NCBI GenBank assembly: GCA_038325425.1
Contig: JBBQIZ010000001.1
Span: forward strand, 1-61,526
Source of the DNA: Chthoniobacterales bacterium
GTDB taxonomy: Bacteria > Verrucomicrobiota > Verrucomicrobiia > Chthoniobacterales > Chthoniobacteraceae
Reading direction: 5' to 3'
Length of the DNA stretch: 61,526 bases
How positions within the stretch are numbered: position 1 is the stretch's first letter; the number at the start of each line of letters is the position of its first letter. A program made the position numbers and the translations under genes. Positions 54,253 through 61,526 of the stretch are shown here, piece by piece. Below the pieces are notes generated by a model. That model worked only from the letters and a program-made list of their open reading frames with translations. It made no database searches and was not told the origin of the DNA.

Positions 54253-55728
54253 CTACAGTTCGAGGCGTTTGGATTCGAGCGCTTCCCGGGCGACCGCGGC
54301 GTCGTCGAAGGGAACGGTGTGATCGGCGAATTCCTGGTAGGTCTCGTGACCTTTTCCGGCGATGAGGATGATGTCGCGTGGCTGGGCCAGGGCGACTGCC
54401 CGGAAGATCGCTTCGCGGCGGTCGAGGATGACTTCGTAGTTGCCGCGGCGCATCCCGGGCTTGATGTCCTCGATGATATCTTCGGGCTTTTCCTTGCGCG
54501 GATTGTCGGAGGTGACGATCGCGTAATTGGCATACTCATCAACGACCGCACCCATGCGCGGGCGTTTGGTTTTGTCGCGATTGCCCCCGCAACCGAAGAC
54601 TACGATCAGCCGCGCGGGATTCAGTTCCCGGCAGGTCTTGATGACGTTGAGCAGTGCGTCGTCCGTGTGCGCGTAATCCACAAAAATGCGGAACTGGCGC
54701 TGCGCCGGCACCGCTTCGAGGCGGCCGGGGACAGCGCTCGCATTGGCCAGCGCCAACACGCCGGTGCGCACATCGACGCCCATCACGTAAGCGGCGGCGA
54801 GCGCGGCCAGCGAGTTATAGACGTTGAACTGGCCAATCAGCGGGAGCCGCACGAGGTAGCTCCGCCCCGCGGCATCCAACTGATAACTGGTGCCGTTGAA
54901 ATCGATGCGCACATTGCTCGCGCGGAATTCGGAGTGCACGCCCACGCCGTAGGTAATGATCGGAATGTCTTTGCCGTATCGTTTGACCAGCCGCGCGCCG
55001 AAGCGGTCGTCGAGGTTGATCACCCCTTTGCCCTTTTTCTTCGACTGCGCGGAGAGGCCTGTGAACAAGCGGGTCTTGGCCTCGAAATAGGCCTCCATCG
55101 TCTTGTGATAATCGAGATGGTCTTGCGTGAGATTGGTGAAAACCGCGGCGTCGAACTCCACGCCGCGCACGCGTTCCTGCACGAGTGCGTGCGAAGAAAC
55201 CTCCATCACCGCCGCCTTACAACCGGCGGAACGCATCTGCCAGAGCAGATCGTGCAGGTCGAGCGATTCCGGCGTGGTGCGAGCCGCGGGCAGCACCCGG
55301 TCGCCGACTTCGTAACGCACCGTGCCGATCAAGCCGCAGCGCAGCAGCGCGGCCTCGCAGATGTGTTTGATGAGAAAGGCGGTGGTCGTTTTGCCGTTGG
55401 TTCCAGTCACGCCCGCGATCTTCAAGGCGCGCGTGGGATGCTGGAAAAAGGCCGCCCCGAGATCGGCCAACGCGATCCGCGCGTTGGTCACGGTGACGTT
55501 CGTCGCCCGGGTTTTGAACTCCACGGTTTCGCTGACCACGGCCTCCGCGCCCGCCGCCACCGCCGCGTCCACAAAGGCCGCGCCGTCCACTTTTTCACCT
55601 TTGAGGGCCACGAACAACGTGCCCGGTTTCACCCGTCGCGAGTCGTAGGCGATGCTCGTGATCTCGCGGTCCACCGGCCCGTCCACTTTGATCGTGGCTA
55701 CTTGAGAGAGAAGGGCGTCGAGTTTCAT
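54253..55728 (-). CDS. murE: UDP-MurNAc-dipeptide--meso-DAP ligase
   Basis: GVTGTNGKTT, TTPES, MEVSSH, DHLDYH, DYAHT, DNPR (DAP-type motif), AGKGHE. Confidence 0.96.
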   Translation of the reverse strand: MKLDALLSQVATIKVDGPVDREITSIAYDSRRVKPGTLFVALKGEKVDGAAFVDAAVAAGAEAVVSETVEFKTRATNVTVTNARIALADLGAAFFQHPTRALKIAGVTGTNGKTTTAFLIKHICEAALLRCGLIGTVRYEVGDRVLPAARTTPESLDLHDLLWQMRSAGCKAAVMEVSSHALVQERVRGVEFDAAVFTNLTQDHLDYHKTMEAYFEAKTRLFTGLSAQSKKKGKGVINLDDRFGARLVKRYGKDIPIITYGVGVHSEFRASNVRIDFNGTSYQLDAAGRSYLVRLPLIGQFNVYNSLAALAAAYVMGVDVRTGVLALANASAVPGRLEAVPAQRQFRIFVDYAHTDDALLNVIKTCRELNPARLIVVFGCGGNRDKTKRPRMGAVVDEYANYAIVTSDNPRKEKPEDIIEDIKPGMRRGNYEVILDRREAIFRAVALAQPRDIILIAGKGHETYQEFADHTVPFDDAAVAREALESKRLEL

Positions 55729-57503
55729 CGGGAGCGAACATTCTGCCCCGCCATCACGCTGCCCGCGGGCTCTTCGGGCGACGGCACGAGGCCGAGATAA
55801 CGCGCGGCTTTTTCGCCGATGCGGGAGAAGACCGGGGCGGCCACCAGCCCGCCGTAGGTCTGGCCGGGCTTGGCTTGGGGTTCGTCGAGCAGGACGAGGC
55901 CGACGAAAGCAGGATTTTCGGCGGGCATGTAACCGGCGAACGAAACGACATACTTGTCATGGCCATAACGGCCGTCAGCGCCGAGTTTTTGCGAAGTGCC
56001 TGTCTTGCCCGCGACCGTGAAGCCTGCGACTCGCGCGAGTTGCGCCGTGCCTTTCGGACCGACGACTTGTTGGAGCGCCTCGTTGACCGCATCGGTGGCC
56101 TCCTTCGACGCGACGCGACGGACTTCCTGCGGCGGAAAACTGGTCACGATCCGACCTTGGTCATCGGTGATCTCGCTGACGATTTGCGGCATCATGAGCC
56201 GGCCGCCGTTGGCGATCGCGCACATCGCGGTGACGATCTGCAAAGGCGTGGCCGCGACTTCGTGGCCCATCGGCATGCGGGTGATGGAAATTTTGCTCCA
56301 GCGATGGGGCGGATGAACGATGCCGCTGATTTCTCCCGGCAAATTCACCGCGCTGCGTTCGCCAAATCCAAAGCGGCGGACGTACTCGTAGAATTTCTGG
56401 TCGCCCAATTGGATGGCCAGCTTGGCGACGCCGATGTTGCTCGATTTGACGAGGATGTCGTTCACGCTCAGGTCGGCGTAGGGATGGTGATCGCGCAGTT
56501 TGGCCGAGGCCATGAAACCGTTTTCGCAATGGATCAGCGTCCCGGATTTAACAATGCGTTCGGTGAGCGCCGCGGCGGTCGTGACGATCTTGAAGGTGGA
56601 CCCGGGTTCGACCATGTCGGACAGCGCGCGATTGCGGCGATGATCCAGAGGCACGTTTTCCTGCACGTTCAGGTTGAAGTTCGGCCGGTTGGCGAGAGCC
56701 AGGATTTCGCCCGTCTGCGGCCGCATCAGGATGACCGTCGCGCTCTTGGGGCGGAACTGTTTGATCGCCGCGTCGAGTTCCTGCTCAACGATATTTTGCA
56801 GCCCAATGTCGATGGTCAGGCGGACATTGCAGCCGTTGCGCGCTTCCTTCTCCTGCGCGCGATAGGGGACGATTTCTTTGCCCGTGCGGTCGCGCTCGGT
56901 GTAGCGGAAGCCATCGTGCCCCCGCAGGAAGCGCTCCATCGTCCGCTCGACGCCGTCGACGCCGACGCTCTCGCCGTTCACGAATCCGACGACGTGGCAG
57001 AGCATTTGCCCGTTCGGATAAACACGGGTCGATTCCTGCTCAAAGTATACGCCCCGCAGTTTCCGGGCGGCGAGCGCGTCCTTGAGTTCGGTCGCGAGCA
57101 TCTCCGGCACCTGTTTCTTCAAGATGACGTACTGGTCCGGAATATTTTTTTGCCGGGATTGCGAAAATTTTTCGCGCCCGAGCTTTTCCAGCACTTCCGC
57201 GCGAGGGAGTTTGAGGGCGTGCGCGAGGAAGTCGGCAAGTTCCTCGCGATCATTGATCAGCGTGCCGTCGGCGACGACGGTGCGCACCGGTTCATTCTGC
57301 GCGAGCGACTCGCCGTGAATATCGTAGATGACGCCGCGGCGCGCATAGATCGTCTGGCGTTTGACGTGTATGTCCGCAGCGCGCGCAGCATATTCGCCAT
57401 GCTGCGTGACCTGCAGGTGGACCAGACGGAACGAAAACGCAGTATAGCAGCCAGACAGCAGCAGACAGGTGATCAGCGCGCGCGTTCTGGCTGTGCGGTT
57501 CAC
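55725..57503 (-). CDS. ftsI: Class B penicillin-binding protein FtsI
   Basis: N-terminal TM, ARRGVIYD, EPGSTFK (SxxK), SSN, KTGT. Confidence 0.93.
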   Translation of the reverse strand: MNRTARTRALITCLLLSGCYTAFSFRLVHLQVTQHGEYAARAADIHVKRQTIYARRGVIYDIHGESLAQNEPVRTVVADGTLINDREELADFLAHALKLPRAEVLEKLGREKFSQSRQKNIPDQYVILKKQVPEMLATELKDALAARKLRGVYFEQESTRVYPNGQMLCHVVGFVNGESVGVDGVERTMERFLRGHDGFRYTERDRTGKEIVPYRAQEKEARNGCNVRLTIDIGLQNIVEQELDAAIKQFRPKSATVILMRPQTGEILALANRPNFNLNVQENVPLDHRRNRALSDMVEPGSTFKIVTTAAALTERIVKSGTLIHCENGFMASAKLRDHHPYADLSVNDILVKSSNIGVAKLAIQLGDQKFYEYVRRFGFGERSAVNLPGEISGIVHPPHRWSKISITRMPMGHEVAATPLQIVTAMCAIANGGRLMMPQIVSEITDDQGRIVTSFPPQEVRRVASKEATDAVNEALQQVVGPKGTAQLARVAGFTVAGKTGTSQKLGADGRYGHDKYVVSFAGYMPAENPAFVGLVLLDEPQAKPGQTYGGLVAAPVFSRIGEKAARYLGLVPSPEEPAGSVMAGQNVRSR

Positions 57504-57868
57504 TTTTCCTCCCTTTCGTTGGAAGCAGGACGCAGTTCCCCGACGGCCGCCTTGGGTGCGGCGTCATCCACCACGGCGATGACGTCATTCGTGATCGGCA
57601 CCAGGTCGATGAACCCGGTGGCAAAGCGTTCGTTGAGCGTGGCCGTGGAAGAAAGCTGCGCAATTTTGCTGAGCGTAACTTCGTTCTTGTTCCGCAGTCC
57701 TGAGAGTTCGCGCTCCAGCGCACGAATCTCGGTGCCGGTGGTGTAGAGCTGGTTTTTGCACCAGACGTAGCCCAGTCCTCCGCCCAGCGCGCACAGGGCC
57801 ACGATGCCCCAACTGGCGAACGAAGCGATCGGAATGGCGTTGGCGTGACGGCGGCGGTTACTGGACAT
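57500..57868 (-). CDS. ftsL: FtsL-like cell division protein
   Basis: Short basic N-terminus, one TM, coiled coil; located between rsmH and ftsI. Confidence 0.65.
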   Translation of the reverse strand: MSSNRRRHANAIPIASFASWGIVALCALGGGLGYVWCKNQLYTTGTEIRALERELSGLRNKNEVTLSKIAQLSSTATLNERFATGFIDLVPITNDVIAVVDDAAPKAAVGELRPASNEREEK

Positions 57869-58850
57869 AGGGGAGCCTTTCGACGACGCGAAGCTTGGCG
57901 CTGCGGGAGCGGGGATTGGCCCGTTGTTCGGCCTCGCTGGCGATGACGGGTTTGCGGGTGACGGCGCGAAAGAGGTAGAGCGGATTGGGCCGCGCGGCCG
58001 GCCATTCGGGCCGGTCGATGAACTCGGTGGTGCGTTCCTTAAAAAAGGTCTTCACAATCCGATCCTCGAGCGAATGAAACGTCATCACCGCGAACCGACC
58101 GCCGGGCGCGAGGCGTTGCGTGAACTGCTGCAAGCCCTCCGCCAGAGCGTCGAGTTCCCGGTTCACGGCGATCCGCAGCGCTTGGAAGATGCGCGTGGCG
58201 GGATGCGCGCGGCCGTGCCGCGGGACGACACTTTCGACCGCGTCGGCGAGTTGTTTGGTGGTGGTGAAGGGACGCACGAGGCGTTCGCGCGTGAGTTTGG
58301 CGGCGATCTTCCGCGCCGACGGCTCTTCGCCGAACGCCCGAAAAATCCGCTCCAATTGCTCGCCACTCATCGTGTTCACGAGGTCCGCCGCGCTGATCGG
58401 ATTGGCCGGATCCATCCGCATGCCGAGCGGCCCATCGTGCATAAAGCTGAAGCCGCGCTCCGGAACGTCGAGCTGGTGCGAAGAAACACCGAGGTCGAGC
58501 AAGGCGCCATCGATCTGCGTCACGCCGATCGCATCGAGCGCGGCACCCGCCCGGGCGAAGCTGCTGCGCACCGCGCGAAATTGATCGCCGAAATCGGCCA
58601 GTTTGCGACCGGCAAATGCGAGCGCCGCCGGGTCGTGATCAAGCCCGATGACCTGCGCGCCCGCCGCGAGCAGCGCCGCGGCATGCCCGCCGCCGCCGAG
58701 CGTGCCATCGACGATCACCTTGCCCGGCGCAGGCGCGAGGCGCTCGACGATTTCCGCGAGCAGCACCGATTCGTGATATTCGTAAGTGCGGGTTTTCAAG
58801 GTCTTGCGCCGGGTCTGCGGCTTTTTCGGTAAATCGAGGCAGGCCATCAT
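57858..58850 (-). CDS. rsmH: 16S rRNA m4C1402 methyltransferase
   Basis: HESVL, DGTLGGGGH, DLGVSSHQLD, FQALRIAVNREL, FHSLEDRIVK, NPRSRSAKLR. Confidence 0.96.
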   Translation of the reverse strand: MMACLDLPKKPQTRRKTLKTRTYEYHESVLLAEIVERLAPAPGKVIVDGTLGGGGHAAALLAAGAQVIGLDHDPAALAFAGRKLADFGDQFRAVRSSFARAGAALDAIGVTQIDGALLDLGVSSHQLDVPERGFSFMHDGPLGMRMDPANPISAADLVNTMSGEQLERIFRAFGEEPSARKIAAKLTRERLVRPFTTTKQLADAVESVVPRHGRAHPATRIFQALRIAVNRELDALAEGLQQFTQRLAPGGRFAVMTFHSLEDRIVKTFFKERTTEFIDRPEWPAARPNPLYLFRAVTRKPVIASEAEQRANPRSRSAKLRVVERLPYVQ

Positions 58851-59299
58851 AATCCCAAATCAGCCAGAACTACGTCGGCCACCGCCTTGGTGTCGGGAAG
58901 CACGGCATGCCAGGCGTCGGTGTTCCAAATTTCAAAAGTATCGAGCGCGCCGCTGAGCGTGACCTCCCCCGCCAACTGCCGATCGCGGCAGAAAGTTTCC
59001 GGCAGCGAAAGCCGCCCGCCCTTGTCGAGCCAGACTTGATGGCCGAGCGAACCGATGCGGCGCATGGCTTGCGCGCGTTGCGGACCGGGCAGATCGGCGA
59101 TCTTGGCGCGAATCCGATCGATCTCGCGGCGAGGCATCGCAGTGATGCACGCGCTGGTCGAACTGGGAATCAGGAATAATTCCGCTTCGTCCTCGAAGCG
59201 CCACGCCGACGGAATGGTCAGGCGATTCTTGCCATCCAACGCATGCCGGAACTCACCCATAAACACGGGCACTGCAGAGTTCTGGTTATTGGTGGCCAT
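58847..59299 (-). CDS. mraZ: Transcriptional regulator MraZ
   Basis: FMGEFRHALDGKNRLTIP and LDKGGRLSLP (two DxxxR repeats), FEIWN; first gene of the dcw cluster. Confidence 0.9.
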   Translation of the reverse strand: MATNNQNSAVPVFMGEFRHALDGKNRLTIPSAWRFEDEAELFLIPSSTSACITAMPRREIDRIRAKIADLPGPQRAQAMRRIGSLGHQVWLDKGGRLSLPETFCRDRQLAGEVTLSGALDTFEIWNTDAWHAVLPDTKAVADVVLADLGL

Positions 59300-59321
59300 G
59301 GCGAATGGCTGCGGGCGATTC

Positions 59322-59387
59322 TCCCAATTCGCTCCGAAGCGCCCCTATTAGCCCCTAAACACCCCATTTGGTCAAAGTTTTTTCCCA
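59322..59387 (-). promoter_or_regulatory. MraZ-box array
   Basis: Minus-strand pentamers TGGGG, AGGGG, AGGGG, CGGAG, TGGGA at exact 10-bp spacing (59362, 59352, 59342, 59332, 59322), plus TGGGA at 59383. Confidence 0.7.
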
Positions 59388-59434
59388 TAAATTTTATCCG
59401 TTCGAAGCATCGCCCCCCAGATCCATGAATCCGG

Positions 59435-61180
59435 CTACCTCACCGCCAATTCCGCCTCGCCGCGAGGATCGAGAAAACTGCCGGCGCAGAGCTTCGTGTA
59501 GGTGCCGCCGAGGGCGAAAAGCTCGTCGTGCGTGCCGCGCTCGACGACGCGCCCGTGGTCGAGGACGAGGATCTGATCCGCGTGGCGCACCGTCGAAAGC
59601 CGGTGCGCGATGACGAAGCTGGTCCGGTTTTCCATCAAACGGTCGAGCGCTTCCTGGATAAGTTGTTCGGTCCGGTTGTCCACGCTCGCCGTGGCTTCAT
59701 CGAGGACGAGGATCGGCGGATCTTTGAGCAGAGCGCGCGCGATCGAGACGCGCTGCTTTTCGCCGACGCTTAGTTTCACGCCGCGCTCGCCGACCGCAGT
59801 ATTTAACGCCTCCGGCAGGCGCTCGACAAACTCCCGCGCATTCGCCGCGTCGAGCGCTTCCCACAGTTCCTGGTCCGTGGCCGTGGGTTTCCCGAGACGG
59901 AGATTGTCGCCGATGGACCCGTTAAACAAAAAACTCTCCTGAGTGACCATGCCGACCGCGGAACGCAGCGCGCTCTTCGAGAAATCGCGGAGCGGTTTTC
60001 CGTCGATCAGAATTTCGCCCGAGTCGAACTCGTAGAACCGCGTCAGCAGATGGACGAGCGTTGATTTACCCGCGCCGGTGTGGCCGACGAGCGCCACGGT
60101 TTCGCCGGGCCGCGCGTGCAGCGAGACGTGATGCAGGACGGGCAGTTCTTCCGAGTACGCAAACGAGACATCCTGGAAACGCACGTCGCCCGTCACCTCG
60201 GCGCGCTCGTCGTGCTCCACCCGTCCGGGTTCCGCCGGGGTATCGAGAATCTCGAAGACGCGTTCGCCCGCGGCGCGGCCGGCCTGCACGAGTTGATTGA
60301 GCGAGTGGAGTTTGCTGATCGGTTCGTAGAGCGCGCCGACCAGCCAAAGGAACGCCACCAGATCACCCACGCTCATTTCGCCCCGCAGCACCGCCTGCCC
60401 ACCGTATCCGATCACGAGCACCGCGCCGCACGCGCCCAGGAAACTCATCGCCGGATTATAGACCGCCCACACGCGCATCACGGTCAGCGTCGCGGTGCGC
60501 AGTTGGTCGCTCGTTGCATTGAAGCGGCCGTGCTCTTCCCGCTCGCGGACGTACGTTTTGATCTGCCGGATGCCCGCGAGGTTGTCGTGGAGCAGCGAGT
60601 TCATCGCCGACGCCGCCTTCCGCTGCAGCCGATAGCGCCGCGGTGCGGTCAGCGTGTACGCCAGCGCGCCCGCCGCGAGCAGCGGCACGGGAATGAGCGC
60701 CATCCAAGTCAGCCACGGCAGAAAGAAAAAGAGCATCCCGGCCACGACGACGATCTGCAGCAGCGCGATCACGCCCTGCTCGATCCCATCGATCAGCACC
60801 CGCTCGACCGAGGTCACATCCTCCAGGAGGCGCGTCATAATATCTCCGGTCGAACGGTTATCGAACCAGCCGAGCGGCAGTTGCTGGATGTGCGCGTAGA
60901 GATCGCTGCGCAGATCGAAGATCACCTTCTGCTCGAAAGTGTTGTTCAGCATGATCCGGAGCGCGTTGAAAATATCCCGCACCAGAAACGCGCCCGCAGC
61001 CAGCAGGACCAGCGGCAGGAGTCGATCGCCGCGCCCGTGCCCCACGTCGTCGATGATCAACTGCGTGACTTTCGGAAAAACCACGACCATCAGCGTGCCA
61101 ATGATCGCGCACCCCATCATCCCGGCAGCCATCCAAGGATAGCGGCGGACATAGGCAAAAACGCGCAGGATAGTTTTCAT
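59435..61180 (-). CDS. ABC exporter, fused TMD-NBD half-transporter
   Basis: TM domain; GHTGAGKS, LSVGEKQR, LVLDEATAS, AHRLST. Confidence 0.93.
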   Translation of the reverse strand: MKTILRVFAYVRRYPWMAAGMMGCAIIGTLMVVVFPKVTQLIIDDVGHGRGDRLLPLVLLAAGAFLVRDIFNALRIMLNNTFEQKVIFDLRSDLYAHIQQLPLGWFDNRSTGDIMTRLLEDVTSVERVLIDGIEQGVIALLQIVVVAGMLFFFLPWLTWMALIPVPLLAAGALAYTLTAPRRYRLQRKAASAMNSLLHDNLAGIRQIKTYVREREEHGRFNATSDQLRTATLTVMRVWAVYNPAMSFLGACGAVLVIGYGGQAVLRGEMSVGDLVAFLWLVGALYEPISKLHSLNQLVQAGRAAGERVFEILDTPAEPGRVEHDERAEVTGDVRFQDVSFAYSEELPVLHHVSLHARPGETVALVGHTGAGKSTLVHLLTRFYEFDSGEILIDGKPLRDFSKSALRSAVGMVTQESFLFNGSIGDNLRLGKPTATDQELWEALDAANAREFVERLPEALNTAVGERGVKLSVGEKQRVSIARALLKDPPILVLDEATASVDNRTEQLIQEALDRLMENRTSFVIAHRLSTVRHADQILVLDHGRVVERGTHDELFALGGTYTKLCAGSFLDPRGEAELAVR

Positions 61181-61253
61181 CGAAAGGTTCGCACCATCGC
61201 GGCTGCCCGCGGCGAGTCAAATGCGGCGATGTTCAAGACGGCGCGCCGTCGCG

Positions 61254-61470
61254 ATGTTCTCCGGCCAAGGAGATGCGCCCGTGCACCGGGCCGGGATCTC
61301 GTCTCCATCACCGCACTCGCCGAGGTAAAACGCCCCCGCTGAAAGTTCATCGAGCAAATCCTCACGCAGTTCCGCCGTGCCGATTACGTCGAGACGCGGC
61401 GGGTAAGGCCGGCGGGTATCGCAACGTCAAACCGCTCGAAGAAATTCGCATCGGCGAAGTCTTGCGTCTG
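61254..61470 (+). pseudogene. Degraded Rrf2-family transcriptional regulator
   Basis: Pieces joined across small indels: GRDLVSITALAEV / KFIEQILTQFRRADYVETRR / GKAGGYRNVKPLEEIRIGEVLRL. This matches the Rrf2 winged-helix pattern (LEQIL...V.S.RG..GGY.L...I.IGEV.R). Not in the ORF track. Confidence 0.7.
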
Positions 61471-61526
61471 CCGGTATCGTCGCCCGGCCCGCCTGCACGT
61501 CCGAGTTGGGCTCCGAGTCCGGTTCC

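Noticed and set aside
1-61526. tRNA, rRNA, CRISPR array, integrase or prophage genes
   Set aside because: None recognised in the intergenic gaps or ORFs by manual reading; a tRNAscan/Infernal run would be needed to exclude small RNAs formally.

Overview
A 61.5-kb, GC-rich bacterial chromosome segment. The MurC-MurB fusion, the LysM gene between murD and ftsW, the FtsZ C-terminal style and intergenic short-repeat hairpins suggest Verrucomicrobia, probably Chthoniobacterales-like (inference). Most of it is housekeeping: dgt, ppk1, pfkA, alr, accBC, rpsB-tsf, lpxK, thrB, khpA-rpsP-ffh, purB, ispE, fbaA and a complete dcw cluster (mraZ to ftsZ, minus strand). Accessory parts: (i) at the left edge, a CHAT (caspase-like) domain gene that is missing from the ORF track because it runs off the window, directly preceded by an uncharacterised 174-aa protein with a hydrophobic hairpin; this is the best candidate for an undescribed protease/partner system; (ii) an orphan RelE-fold gene and a vapBC module with an operator; (iii) a small island between accC and rpsB containing a 602-bp internally deleted IS630 and two genes broken only by single extra T bases; (iv) a three-gene phosphorelay; (v) a 59-aa basic protein behind a sigma-54-type promoter; (vi) an ABC/acyltransferase/glycosyltransferase-like trio; (vii) an Rrf2 pseudogene at the right edge. 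FtsZ has a non-canonical T7 GTPase loop. No tRNA, rRNA or CRISPR array was seen. All calls come from reading motifs by eye; no database searches were run.
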